From: Vermamoeba vermiformis
Lineage: Eukaryota
NCBI GenBank assembly: GCA_045837725.1
Contig: JBEWZL010000113.1
Span: 1 to 64,000 of the forward strand
DNA length: 64,000 bases
Direction of reading: 5' to 3'
Shown: piece by piece, positions 1 to 13,576 of the stretch
How positions within the stretch are numbered: position 1 is the first letter of the stretch
Layout: each line of letters begins with the position of its first letter
Program-made: the position numbers and the translations under genes
Notes under the pieces: generated by a model
Told to the model about the DNA's origin: nothing
What the model saw: the letters and a program-made list of their open reading frames with translations, nothing else
Database searches by the model: none

Positions 1-615
1 GGACGAGCTTCGAAACCAAGAAGTTGCGGAATTATTCCTCAATGCTGACTATAGCGGTAAATAGATCTATTGCTTCCTGATCAGACGGTCAGCTAACACT
101 GCTCATAGTTTGGGAGTCAGAGGCGAGAGTCTTTTATGACAAAAATGACGACGAGGAATTTCCAAGCGTTTCAGACACCTCAATATTTGATCAAGAACGA
201 GTGCAAGAAAAATATCTAATGCGCAAAGACAAGCTTTCATTCGCGCTAACTTCGAAAGGTACGCATCCGGCAGAATTAATTTCAATTCAATTGAGATAAC
301 ACTTTCGTAGACAATCCGAAATCCCGTGTTCGCTTTAAGTTGATAGTCGAAGAGTTTTACGATGTTGAAGAAGCAGAGATGCAAAACTCGTTTCAGATCC
401 ACATCCGAACACCAGACCAATCGTTTGAGTTTAGCGGAAGCGAGTCAGATAGCATTGAAGATGTTCTTCATGAGGTGGATCAAGCAGTAATAGATACTTT
501 ACAACTCAAACACATCAATACCAAACAATTTGCATTAATCCTTTGCGCGATCTGTGACCAACACGAGAATACTGAAGTAATGAATAAAATTCGCGCTAAC
601 CGCGAGAAGCACTAA
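1..615 (+). CDS. 3' part of a multi-exon hypothetical protein (5' end outside window)
   Basis: GT-AG introns at about 57-108 and 259-310 join open exons; the last exon is ORF 340..615 ending ...KIRANREKH*. Confidence 0.5.
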
Positions 616-730
616 AAATCTTAATTCGCATATGAAGATGGTTTCTGATTTTCAAACAGATCCGAGATCCGAAATAAAACGATTTTGTATTTGGCACAAA
701 TAAACAAATTCCAAATCCTTTATTCAATCA

Positions 731-3700
731 TTAATGAAACATCCAACTGTAATTGATACTCAGCTGGTCTAATATCAGTGCTAATCCGCTCTGCTGATCC
801 GGAAGTTTGCCCCATGAATGAAGCACAACCAACTGTAGTTGGTGAGATTGTGCCAGAACCTCTGCTATCGCGTTGCAGCATGTGCCTAGCTCACCGTTTG
901 ACGGAGCAAGAATATTCCGCAAATGAAGGGTTGATAAGCGAGGGAGCATCGATTGCAGCGTCTTGATATACTTTTCTTTCAGTACGAGTTCATTAAACTT
1001 GCGAGTACTGTAGATCGGGAGCATCAAGTCTTGGATCGATTCATGCTGTTGCAGTGCCAATAAGAACTCATCTTCACCTTCAGTCGTGTTGTTTTCATTG
1101 TCAACTGGATACACGATGTGAAACTTTGTGAGCTGTTTGTTTCGAAGGAGATTGGTCAACGATGCATATGAAGTGAAATGACAATTGAACAGCACCACAG
1201 ATGTTATTGATGGACTCGATGCAATGTCACTCATCAGTTGTTCAATCAACGATGATGATTGGTCGTCGTTGTGAGTGCAGAACAAGTTCATCAGTTTGAT
1301 AGACTTGAGAACTGAACTCGATCCTAGTAGATAGCATCACGTTATTAGTATTCAGCCATCGTATTCAGTCTTACGTTACTTACGAATGATTTGTGAGGCA
1401 TTGTGAATTGTGTGCTTGAGTGCCTTGTTATCGATCAAATCAACGATCATTGTCTTGCACTCATTTGCATCACTTCGAATACTTGCATCATACATGCAAA
1501 TATTGTTTTGCATTCGATCGCGCTAAAAATAGAAAGTGTTACCGACCGGATCTACATCTGTTTGGATCGTTACCTTATTTTTCAAGAACTCCTCTAACTC
1601 CTGTTTTACATGTTGCTCCAGCTCGTAGTTTGCACCATCTTACGTATATAATTTTAGAATTGGAACGATATTCTTTTAAATTAACTAAACCCTGTACCTC
1701 TGAGAATTATGTTTTCGTCTTGTAATTGCTTGGGTGTTTCATGAAAAGGTAAGTCGTCTTCATACTTTGTAATGAAGAGTTGAGCTGTTTCATCGTTATC
1801 ACTCATTTTTCGACCACTATAATAAATCGCTTCTTCAACGAGTAATTGTTTCGTTATGTGTCGGATCCGCAAGTGGGCACTGTCTTCTTCGGGTCGGGCT
1901 TTAGATTCCTCGTATTCATCCAAACTATATCACATTAGTACTGCTAGCCTACATACAGTATCTTACTATTGCAATATTTGTTCTTCATGATCTTCGTCGG
2001 CAACATCGTTGTCACTGCCAAGTTTTTGTTCCGCACTAGAAATTTCGTTGGTAAATTTCACTATTGTAGTCGGCACAGCATACCTCTTATCGTTCATTTC
2101 GGCATTACATTCCTCATCGGACTCAAAGCTTTCGTATTCCTCAACTTCATCTAGCTGGGCAAATTTCACGCACTTTTTGAGACTATCTACAATAATGCTG
2201 TGCAAGGGGTCGTCATTGGCGTCTTCTTCTTGTTTGACATCGCTATTGCTCGCATTTTGTTCTTCCAAGTCAGTGATGGGCTCGTCAATCCAGTCACTGT
2301 CCACGCTTGATTCGTCCGAGTAGTGTTCGCTGTCAGAGTACATCACGATCGGATTCTCGTAATATAACTCTTCGTTATCTGGATAGAGATTATTTGGGCT
2401 GCAGTTTATCTTCCGCATCGCCTCTATGATGTGTTTACGTTCAACTACGAAAGGCTTACTAGAGTCATCGTCTACTGGTTTTAACTTCGCAGCTTTACCC
2501 AATGTCCGACCAATGAAACTGACTAGCATACGAAGAGCATATTCTAATTATATTATGATCAGTTTATTGAGTATTGTGGGGAAAAAACCGATAATTGAAA
2601 ATCACGTAAACTTTTTTCATCAAAAACTTACCAGTAGCATTGGGTGTAGCACAAACAATACCTCCTTTGCGCATCAGGCGATGAATCGAGTGCCGAACTT
2701 GAATGAAACAAATTAATATTAAGGATATTCGGACATTCAGGTCTTACTTGACAACCAATCAGGCATCATATCAAAGTCATCGTCAGTGGCGATGTCTGCT
2801 TGAAAGTAACTCGTCCAGGGATTGATCAGTGCGTTTAAATTGAAGTCGTAACCACCGTCGGCAATGTAGAACACTTCTGACACGTTGTTTTGCACTTCGT
2901 ATGCTGAATAAATAGCGCTCAAGTACGGATACTTCTCTTCTGCTCCCTGTTTTAAGAACAACAAATCACTCACGCGAAGCTTTTGAAGTGCACAAATCAT
3001 CACTGAAATGAGCGATGAAGACTGGTCGAGTGTTGCGGCGTATTTGAGCTGAGTGATCACTTCGTCAACAATGTCACCTGTTCGAACGATTGATCGCTCG
3101 TACTTGGCTTGCTGATATTGACAGGTGTCAACGTCATTCGTCAAACAAACTAGGAAAACTTACGTTGATGAGAATTGAATCATGACACCGAGGAGGTGGA
3201 CAATGGCCAATTACAATAGCACTCAGCACGTGAATGAACAGCTTGAGCGAGCGTTCTGAGGACGAAATTTCACTGAATCTAAGTTAGCAAAACCCAACTA
3301 ACTTTTTAAAGCGAGTCGACTTACTTAAATAGATTATCGCGAGTCTCATGTGAGATGTATCCATCATATTCGCTGTCAGTTGATTGGCTTGATTCATCAT
3401 CAACCTGCATTTCCTGGTCAACAGCGGTCTCTAATCCATCGACCTCACTTTCTTCTTGACTTCCGAATTCTTCTTGTTGAGATATCGCAGAATTTGATTC
3501 TGGGTTGAAATCATCTTCATATGATTGATCTTCTTCTTCGTCCCAACCAGCCTCAAATATTTCGCTATCACTATCGTTGTTTTTGCCAGCATCTTTGCAA
3601 GTTTGGTTGTCTGGCTTGTCCGCCAAAGCTAACGCAATTTCTTCGTCTTTTTCGTCGTACAGAGCAAGCTCTGACTGCTCTTTCAGACAGCTACATTTTG

Positions 3701-4512
3701 CACCACTGAACGCTTCGTTAAGTGGTTTGGAGTCACGCCAAATCTCGAATTGATGATACTTCATTTGAGTTTTCAATGCCAATTTCTTGTACGCCACTTT
3801 CGGAAAGAATCTTTGTGCGAGTAGAAGGGCGTCTTTGATTGGTGGAATATCTTCGTGATCTGTCAAAGCTGAAGTTAGTCGTGTAATAAACAAAATTGTT
3901 CGTTACTTACATTCGTAGAAATATTTAATGGGAAATTCGGCGAGGTACTCGTCTTCTGATACTAAAAATCGTTGGTCATTCAAACAACTGCCAGAGAGCG
4001 GATCTTGATCTTCGTTGAATTCCCACTCAAAATGGGCTTCATGAACAGGACCGTATCCTTGTGCAGATCTTAGTGCTACCATTAATTGAAGTTAGATTTG
4101 TCAAAACATTGCAAGCCGGTTGTTTCTACCTTCATCCAAAATAGTTTCGCTGATATCTACATCAAAGCGCTGTAGAGCGGCCAGATATATTTCGTACCAT
4201 ATCTTATTTGGTAACTTTTTGATGTGATTATTCCAGTGTTTGGAGGTTAACGAGAAGAGCACAAGTGGGAGAGGATCGACATCCCGAAAAATAATTTCCA
4301 AAATCTCTTCTGGTAATTTTTTAGGCAAATCTATAGCTTAAACAATATTAGCTTACCACAATAATATTTTAAAAATTTTTACAGTGCAGATATAAGATGA
4401 ATCAGATCTTGGTTGACACTGAAAGCCGTAAATTACCTTCAGGCTCAATACGAGCTTTTTTAATATTTCTTTTATCGTCCCAATCTTCTTCAGCCTTTCT
4501 TTTCTTCTCCAT
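731..4512 (-). CDS. Multi-exon F-box protein with acidic tracts, a histone H4-like fold and a C-terminal RNI-like LRR region
   Basis: ATG at 4512 (MEKKRKAEE..., NLS-like). F-box motif LPEEILEIIFRDVDPLPLVLFSLTSKHW. ORFs 3321-3893, 2737-3144, 1966-2529, 1681-1923 and 731-1291 are separated by GT-AG introns. The C-terminus has LRR-like Leu periodicity (SITSVVLFNCHF, RLSTLHLRN). It could be two genes. Confidence 0.6.
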
Positions 4513-4685
4513 TGTAAAACCAACAGCAGACAATCAAATATCTGAGATAGACGAATACAATACTAAACATTGCTAGTTACGGGGTTTGTTCTTACGGACT
4601 CCTTTCCTATTTTTTTCTGTGGTAATTAATTCACAATACCAATTATGTTGCGACTTTCATCGTTGATTAAATCTAATTGGTCAGT

Positions 4686-4733
4686 GCGATTTGTGACCAA
4701 CACGAGAATACTACGACACTGACTAAAATTCGC
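4686..4733 (+). repeat. Short duplicated remnant of the 3' end of the gene at 1-615
   Basis: 4686-4712 gcgatttgtgaccaacacgagaatact matches 547-573 gcgatctgtgaccaacacgagaatact at 26/27 nt; both are followed by taaaattcgc. Confidence 0.7.
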
Positions 4734-4804
4734 TAAGCGATGGCGAATAAAAACAAATTAACGAATTACTATCTACATTTATTTACAGTAGTTCAGTTGC
4801 GAGA

Positions 4805-7800
4805 TTACATATTGCGTTTTTGATTTTGGACAACTGACTCATAGCGTTCAACAAAATCCGCGTAGTATTGATATTGACCAGTAAAGAACATTGCGTTCAT
4901 AGGAGATGGCTTAACTTCTGTAATTTGAACGGTAGACTTTGTGCATTTAGCTTTTTTCGTTTGTCTCGGATCCAGGTTCGCGACATCTTCGTCATTTTTT
5001 CTCTTTCGCTCTTGCGAGTTTCCTAACCTTAGATTATTATTGTGTGTGACGGCTCCGGCTACATTCATATTCGATACAAGATTATCCTTGTAGAGCTTTA
5101 GGTCGGTTCTGGGAATGATCGGAAGTACACGGAAAACAGCGCTCAATTTCAACTGGTATTCCACGCTGTCGTAATTCCGAAGAACTTGCTGCAAGTTTGA
5201 GTTCTGTAAATGTAACTCCCCAATCGTCTTTTTGAACGTTTTAACGTCGAGAATCATATCGGGAACTTTCACCAGATCGAAGCCAATGTCTACTTTCATC
5301 TCACTATACGAACCGTTAGCAACACTATAGAAGCACATGTATGGCATTCTACTTACTGCCTCACGTAGCCGTATAAGTCCATCACTCTGTGACTCGGATT
5401 GCATTGGACTACTAGCGAAGGTCCGTTCACCAACCTGAAGGTCAAGGTCAATATGAGTTGAGGTAGAACGTTCATTCAACGTACTTTAAGCCTAATGTAA
5501 CAAGTTCCTCGTTCTTGTTGGTTGAGATTTTGTTAATCGAGAACATTTCTCGCAGACTGCAATAAAAATTAGAACGATGACAAGTATAGCAAAAGGGATT
5601 CATTCTTACTCGTTGATTTCCGATTCAGTGTACGAGTGGTATCGATAATTGGGATCGATTAAAGGCTTGGAAGCTGGTGCAGCTTGTTGCGCGTAAATTT
5701 GTTGAGCACTTTCGTCCAATCGCTTTGCAAGAACTGTTCGAAATTCCACATTGCTTTGATTCACTAAAACGATACATTAATGCCACTGTGCGACAGTATT
5801 GCACTATCGCGGGAACGTACCCCTTAGCGAGGTGTGCCATTGATTCACTGCTTCGGGCAATATGTGTATCGATTGTAAGTACTTCATCGAGGGCAGTAGT
5901 TTGCAAATGTCAGCGCCGTGAGATTTGACGCGCCATCCGAGCTTTAAAATACGTGGAGGAAAACCTAGCCGCGCTGAAGGTCCCAAAGCAAGTTGACCCT
6001 CGATCCACAACATTTTCATGTTTGGACCGCCAAGTACAATGTCTTCGTTGATCCGCACATTGTTCATTTCCAAATATAGTAAGTTAGGCAATAACTCGAA
6101 GTTCGTCTTTGACACGAAGTTGAATTCGCAGTCTAAGTATGGGTCATCCGGTGTGTATTGCCTTCGGGCCTTAGTTTTCCGCAACATGAGGAACTTCAGC
6201 GGGAAGTTTCCGGCTCGATCCGCGTTCAATATGCCAAGTTCGACTTTGAATTGTTTGTTTGGGGCTTGACTCCACGCCAGCGTTGTCAAAGTCATTTTTT
6301 CGACTCGCGGGAATGCTTCCAATAATATTGATATCCACACTGTATTTTGCTTTTGAAATTCTTTAACCAAAGCTGGCGCCAATTTCACCTATTGCCAAAT
6401 AAGGTCAGTTACTAAGATGGAAAGTATTTGAGAAACGAACCTTTTTTAGATTTGTAGCGTAAGATGAGATGGCCCAAAGTATTGGCAGATCGACCCTGCT
6501 TTCCAAGTGTAAAGTCTCCAAATGCGGCAGAGCAAAAGAAGTTTCGACGCCTAAGCCCGGGTTTCGGATCGTGATCTGATTCAGTGTTAAATTCTTAAGG
6601 TTCGGCAACTGTGATAATAGCAAGCCAATGTCTTGTATGACCACGTTAGTGAGGTTTAGTATTTCTAAGGAAGCCACTTGTTGCACTGGCAGCCCGAGAT
6701 ATTGATTAGGATGCATCGATCTCGCATTCACGATTTTTGGATTCGTTTTCCAGATGTCATCGCCAGTAGGTGCCTTGAATAAGTACCCTTCGTGGTAGTC
6801 CAATTTCATCTGCACCTTATTGCGTTCAAGTTCCCAGTGGCCCATCATGCCTTTGCCAATTGGATCTTCGAAAGAATTCAAGTACGGGCACGCAGAAGAC
6901 AATGTGTGCAAAAAATCTCGCGACATGATCACATTTGCGTTGGTTTCCAGCGTGCGGAGATTGACCGCCCTGGAAAATGTCAAAAAAGTGTCAACTTGTC
7001 AAATCGGGTCCGAAAATACGTACGCGAATAGTTCAGGTTTAGAGTCGACGGCAATAGCTCTGCTCGGATTGTAGATGAATCTTTGCAATGTTTCGGCACC
7101 AGGATTATGCAAGAAAAACAAGAATAATTCTCGTTGGATGGATTCACAGTAAGCTCGTTGACTGAGGGTTATCTCCACACTACGTAGATTCGCGGGTATG
7201 ATTATCGCTAGAAATCCTTCTTGTGGATCGCAAGCTTCGATTGCCTTGAAGTGCCTGTGTTTCAAGCAATTCGTCAGTAATTACATTTTGATCCTAATAA
7301 GGAAAATCTTGCGTCAACATTTCGCTCGTGCTGACAACACGAACAAGACATTTGTAGTGTTTTGCAACACGGTGGCTGCCAGTTCAATCAAATAATTGGC
7401 AACCCAAAACTTGCGCAAATTTCGAAAATTGATCCACGGATCGAGGCTTGCCAACACGAAGCAAACCCATCCACAGTGGATCGTAGCGTATCAATAAGAT
7501 ACTATGTTAAGAACGTAAGATTTTCACGCTTTTTTTAGCTTACTCCAAGCATGGCAAATGAGTCAAAGCCTCCAACCAGGAATGATTCATTGAACAGTTC
7601 TCGACCTCTAATGACCGTAGTGGACTTGCTTTTCCTTCTGTGACATTGAGCATGCGGGCATCGTCAGTAAGAGAAGTAACTTTGCGTAAATTGGCTAGTC
7701 GAAGCCTATCGAGATGTGGCAGTCTATTAATAGCTCATTTAGTCGGGGAATGCTTGTGGATTGATACAATTATACATAATAATGAATGTTTCTAATACTT

Positions 7801-8445
7801 CAATGATAGGAAATTGAGCTCCGACGAACGGAAAATAAACAATCAAATTCTTTTTTCAGATGTGGCAAAAAACGAGATCAAAGCTGCAGCTATTGACGTC
7901 TGTACGTACCTTAATATATGTCCGATAACTGCATTCGTCAATAGCTCATTTCCGTTGAATATTAGAGATGTCAGTTGGGTGCACTGTTAATTAACTTTCA
8001 TCAATCAAATGTATTCGTGAATCGATTTTCAAACATGCTTTAGATCGAATAAAATGTACAGTCGCACAACAAGTATCAATAAAGCATGGAAAAACTACGC
8101 GCGGAACAAATCAATATTTGATTCAATCTCTACCCACCTGTTTTAAAACTTTCACAACATCTTCGTCTCGTATGGCAGTGCAATATGATAAATCTAGCTT
8201 TAATAATGACGACGGAAGCTTTAAATGCAGCATATCAGGTCGTTCTATTAAATGACATCAGATCTTAATAAAGAAGTAAAACAAATATTCTTACCTAAGC
8301 ACTGTTCCTTTATCATCGCTGCTACGTGTTCTTCGGTCCAATCATTTAAGTCATAGAAGTGCTCATTCTGCAATCTGTCATTGACACAACTGAGATCGTG
8401 TAACGAAACCACTTGATCTCTATCTTTTTCAGCCTCGGTGCTCAT
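4805..8445 (-). CDS. Multi-exon leucine-rich-repeat (RNI/FBXL-like) protein
   Basis: LRR motifs SLLKLDLSYC, LPHLDRLRL, NLRTLET, SLEILNLTN, LPNLKNLTLNQI, LPHLETLHLES, LPNLLYLEMNN. ORFs 8248-8445, 6999-7265, 6405-6983, 5804-6388 and 4805-5479 link through GT-AG introns (e.g. gtacgttg...ccttcag before VGERTF). Confidence 0.6.
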
Positions 8446-9534
8446 TCAGGACGAATTTAACTTGTGTTATTCAATACTTTACATCAATATAAATAATATG
8501 TAATGCTTCCGTTGTGGTCATACAGGTGATTTTCAATTCTTTTATGTAAAATTCGCTTTTTAACTTGTGTGACACACCGTTTAGCGGTGAATGACCGCCT
8601 GCAAGGTATTTTAGGAACACAGTCGTTGCTATAATTTTGTATCGGCTTATAAGTATATCGCCGTTCTATTATGCATATAGGCGTCATCTTTTGGTACTTG
8701 TTCTATTTGTGCATCCTCGACTAAAAAGCGTTGAACTGGGCACGTAGCCCAATAACACTACTTCGAGGCACGTTATTATATATCATATATCTATGATGTT
8801 TGATACACAATCTACCGATATCTCGGGTATTTAGAATTGTCGGCTAATCGCCGCTCTGCAATCAAATCGGTAATCTCCCGCAGCGTAAAGCAAATTAACA
8901 AAAAAAGAATAACACACGTCGGAGAGATTCCGATACAAACGTTGGCGGTGATTGCACGATAAATAAACCAAGGGCGCAAAAAACTCCGCCGATCAGATGT
9001 CGGCCTGAATTAATTAATGAAGCGCAGAGATTTCAATTTTACGTAAGATTCGTTCACAAGTAAATTAATAGGCGAATCTTAACGCACAATAAATTTATTT
9101 CGGGCAAACTCAGTAATTTATACCAGATACGGATTTATCCAGTTTAATTACTTCGCTTACCACCGTCATTTATCGACGACATTATTAGCAATGAAGTTGT
9201 TATTAATATGTTGATTTTTGCTCAATTATCTACCTTTACCTCAGCTGACCAGAGAGTACCTCCGCCTTTGAAGTGTCGCCTTGGGCTGATTTATCGAGCG
9301 TTGGTTTGTAACTATCATATACGTCATCTCTTTTCGCTGACTCGATCAAACAAAATGCTTTTGGCAAATAGCCTATTTTTTGATTTTATTTCAGCCACTT
9401 TTAAAACTACAAAGTGATTCTAACTTCTACTAATAAAACAACGGAATGATGAGCAAGAGGCAAGAAGATCGGGCTCTTTAAGAGTTGCAAACTAAATTTA
9501 ACTGGAACTAAATTTAGCTAGTTGGATCGCAAAT

Positions 9535-11460
9535 TTAGACGATGACTAATTGAGGTCTGTTGACATCCGACTCGACGGTGTTGATCAACATTCGCTGATT
9601 AGTCTGAGTGGTGGCAATGAACGCGAATGAGATCGTAGCGTAACCACCACTCTTGCGAGCAATGACGTAGTTGGTCACGTCGAACTCGTACCAAGCAATC
9701 GGGTGATTGACAGGGGTAGTCGATATGACACCATTAGTGGGAGGCTTATTGCAGAAGGTAATAGTGCCTTGGCTCCAGCTGAGGCAGAAACGTTAGAATC
9801 ATCACAACTTCTAATTTTGGAAATGGACTTGAAACTTACGAATTATCGTTGACAGAGTTAACAGCCACAGTCAAGGTAGTGCCTTCATAATATCCGAACA
9901 ATCGAACAACAGCGCGATGGCCGGCAGTCACGGGAGCCAAGTTGCTCAAGGGGAACTTGACGTAGTATTGCCAGGTGTTATCATCAGTCATTCCTTTTTG
10001 AACATAAGCAGTAGCATCAAGGGCGTAGTTGTTACCGCAAAATTGGCCTAATTAGGAAAATTTAATACTTGATATTGAAGAATTTCGGTTCATGACTTAC
10101 CACCGCGAACAGAGGCGTCTTCGAGAGCAGTCACGCTGTTAACAGTAGGCGAGAGAGGGGTAATGGCCAATTGAGGTTGGTTAGTGTCTGCCTCTAAGCT
10201 GTTGAAAACTGTCAATTCGTTGGTAACCGAATCTGCGACCAAAGCAAAGGTGATTGAAGTGGCACCAGCAGTTTGTCTGCCCTTGACATAGTTCGTGACG
10301 TCAAACTCGACCCAAGTAGCAGTATTTTTAGCACTCGCTTGAGCAATGTAGGTTGAGCTGAGAGCAGGCTGGTTGTTCCAGGTGATAGTAGTTTGGGTCC
10401 ATCTAAATAGTGTGTGGTGAGTCACAGTGTTAAGACAATGGGCACCTCGTTCGACTTACGCAATGTTGGTAGAAGTGAAGACATCAATGAGATTAGTGCC
10501 TGTGCCTTGGAAGTAGCCAAACACGCGGAGCAAGACGCGTTGAGTGTTAGTAACGGTAGCGAGATTGTTCAAAGGGAACTTCAAGAAAGAGATGCGAGTG
10601 TACTCATCGGTGGTCCATTCTTTCACAACCAATTCAGGAGACAAACCGAAGTTAGTTGAACTGAAAGATCCTGTTGCAGAAAGAATTTAAAAAGTTGCTC
10701 TAAATATACTACTTTTTGATGCTTACCACCACGAACATAAGCGTCGTCAGTTGGGTTGACAACAGATTGAGTAGGAGCAGGAGGCAATACAACAAGCAAA
10801 GGCTGGTTCACATCAGCTTCCAAGCTGTTGACCAACACAATGTCTGTCGTAATGTTCGAGGCACGGAACACGAAGGAAGTGACGGGTTGGCCGAGGTTGA
10901 TTTGATCACGGACGTAAGTAGTAACGTCCCATTCGTACCAGAGGATCTGGTGACCAACTTGAGTTGATGAAAGGATTACACCAGGAGCGGGCTTGTTGTT
11001 CCAAGTGATCGTGTCTTGGCTCCAACTGCGCGACAAGTATGAGTATTGCAATTTGACACGTGTCACCAATAGATATTTGTTTCTAACTTACTTGTCGCTA
11101 GGAACAGACCAGCAAGCAACAGTGACAGGGAATCCAGTGCCTTGGTAATAACCAAACAATCTAATCACCACGCGAGAATTTCCGAGAGTCACGAGATTAT
11201 CGATCGGGAACATGATGTAGTACCAGCGAGTGAAGCCAGCTTGATCAGACGTCTTAATGTAGGCAGTAGGTTCGAAGCCGTAGTTTGTGTTCGAGTAAAT
11301 ACCTAACATTTTATTATAAAATTAGTCTACTTGGATCTGGATCATCAGAGCACGTACCATCACGCACAGTGGCATCTTGAACGGGCTCGGTTTGAGTGAC
11401 ACTGCCGTAGACTGCTACAAAGGCAATGCAAAACGCTAGTGCTATGAGTGAGGAGCGCAT
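9535..11460 (-). CDS. Secreted protein with three tandem DNRLRE/CBM96-like carbohydrate-binding domains
   Basis: Signal peptide MRSSLIALAFCIAFVAVYG. Three repeats each show DAxVRxG...N(Y/F)G...(M/K)FP(I/L)...RLFGY...WxQxTITWNNxP...W(Y/V)E(W/F)DVTxYV...NSLEAD..QPxLxI. Six GT-AG introns. Confidence 0.8.
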
Positions 11461-12214
11461 CTGGATCTTTTTATTGAGTCAAAGAGCTTGCTGTTTGTTG
11501 GTTTGTGTTGTTCTGCTTGTTGTTGAGTTGAATGATGCCATGCTAATTCTTTTATACTTGGTCGTCGGAAATTAGGATCAACTGTACGCATGAATTTTCG
11601 GCGCTTCATCCAGATTTTTGCAAATCATCTGCAGGTAACGCCCAAATTAAGTTTCAAAAACCAAACAAAATAATAATACCATAATACCATTCAAATGCTG
11701 GGAGCCTTATTTACCGATAAGGCTGAAAGGTTATTAATAATAATCTGTCGTTGCGACAAGATAAATTCAAAATTTAGACGAATTTTGACTGCTCCCAAAA
11801 ATATATAAAGTAATATTTATAAAGTGCATTTTGACGTTAATTTGAACTGCATCGGGTTTTTCCTGCAGGAAAATAAAAATCATCTGATCGAATTTTAAAT
11901 CTATCGCATTCAAACGCCCATCAAACAAAATTTGTTATATAAATAAGTAGAAAAATAATTAAACCAAGCCGCTCAAGAGATTCCGATTTACCTTGCAAAT
12001 TGCCAAGTCGGCTAAGTTTGCGACTGATAGTCTGAAAGAGTCCCATATGCACTAAATAGCCATTATATTGATATTAATACTGAAGCCTGTTCTTAGGCAA
12101 GAAAGGCTCGTTGAGAACTGACGCAAACAATTTTTTTCGACGTAAGCATCTGAAACACACGTCGTGCTTACCGAAATATGATAATTACAAGCACTAACGT
12201 TATAGAACAATAGA

Positions 12215-12835
12215 ACTCTTTGTATTATAATGGGTTAGTACTAAAATATGCTTTTTTCTCTCAGGATCGTACTAATCCCACTCACAGCGGACCTTGACCA
12301 CGTATTTGACGATAGAAATTTAGAAACAGCTATACATGAAGAATTTTGTGAGAAAATAGTAGAGTTTGGCATCGATTCCAAATACATAAAGCAATTTCAA
12401 ACCGGATTTGAGTTTGATCAGGTAAGTGCAAACATTTACGCTTAATAATAAATTTTAAAATACCAATGCATACAATAATTTTCCGTTCGAATTTCATTAT
12501 TGCAAATGCGGCAAATTTATTTGGAAAATTATTTTGGTTTGGATCTGACACTTTCTCGATTATAGACGAATATTTTATCGGAAATCAATGAAGATGAAAA
12601 ACGATATTTAGATAAAAAATCAGATTTATTTGTTAAAACAGTAGAGCTCGAAGAATTAGAGCAGTATTACGAAGACAACAAATTTTCAATGACAAACGAG
12701 CAGCTGCAAGAACATGACGATAAAATAGCAATATTACAAGACGAAATTTCTAAAATACAGAAAGAAGTCGACGCAGAAACAGATTTGCAATTAAATGTAC
12801 TTAGAAAACAGATTGGTAAAGATAAAGACAATTAA
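12215..12835 (+). CDS. Small hypothetical protein with coiled-coil C-terminus (start uncertain)
   Basis: Exon IVLIPLTADLDHVF...FEFDQ, then intron gtaagt...tatag, then an open E/K/L-rich exon (TNILSEINEDEK...GKDKDN*). Confidence 0.35.
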
Positions 12836-13439
12836 GAAAATACCTATCATCATTAATAACATACATATATTAATTTATACTCGTAATCTCGTTTTATTCG
12901 TAGTACTTTGTTGGATCGATCTGATCTTCCAATGTAAGAACTTGGCTGTTTGATGTGAGTACTATATACTTCGAATTACTCCCTTTAGTATCGCAGGTAA
13001 TAGCTATACTCATTGGCAAACTGTCTAGATGCGGTATGTACTTGCTTAATAGATCTAGATTCAGCCCTTTTTTTGAATTTGCCATTGCAACCGTAAGTAC
13101 CACCGGCGGTTCTATCTCTGTCAGAACGGTTGCTGCAATGCCAAGCCTATAACTCTGCGAGTGACTTATCTTATCCCACTAAATTTGGCACACAGGAAAA
13201 GTTCAGAGCTCTGCTGGTAACATTCCCGAAAATCTTCATGAATTGGGCGTGCACGTTTTTTCACTTAAGAAAGTGATTAATATGTAACAACGCGAGATTT
13301 AGGTGTACCTAATGATCACTGAAGTCTCAGAGTAGATATCCCACAATTGCGATGGACTCTAGTGTACCGTAAGTTTACCGCTCTTTTCGAAGCTCGCAAT
13401 ATCGGTTCTCCTCTCAAAATCGGCAGTTTAATTGCTATT

Positions 13440-13503
13440 CAACCGATATCAGATTTTGTGACATCAATTTGCTGTCAAAGAAGTAAATTTTGAACGTTAG
13501 CGA
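13440..13503 (+). promoter_or_regulatory. Conserved upstream block shared by both beta-propeller paralogs (copy at about 14934-15004)
   Basis: caaccgatatcagattttgtg...gctgtcaaag...taaattt occurs about 135-145 nt upstream of both ATGs. Confidence 0.55.
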
Positions 13504-13576
13504 ATTTTGTTTTGATTCGCAGCATGATTTATTATTTGACGAGCTATACATATAACAGCACCCCTCGATGTTAAAT

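Noticed and set aside
2715-2735. atatcctt on the minus strand resembling a U12 AT-AC donor
   Set aside because: It lies inside an ordinary GT-AG intron whose boundaries already keep the frame.
8708-8776. Imperfect nested inverted repeat (cctcga...tgggc acgta gccca...tcgagg)
   Set aside because: Stems are short enough to be chance; no tRNA or ribozyme consensus.
12894-13260. Minus-strand 69-aa ORF with a possible upstream extension
   Set aside because: No clear start or family motif.
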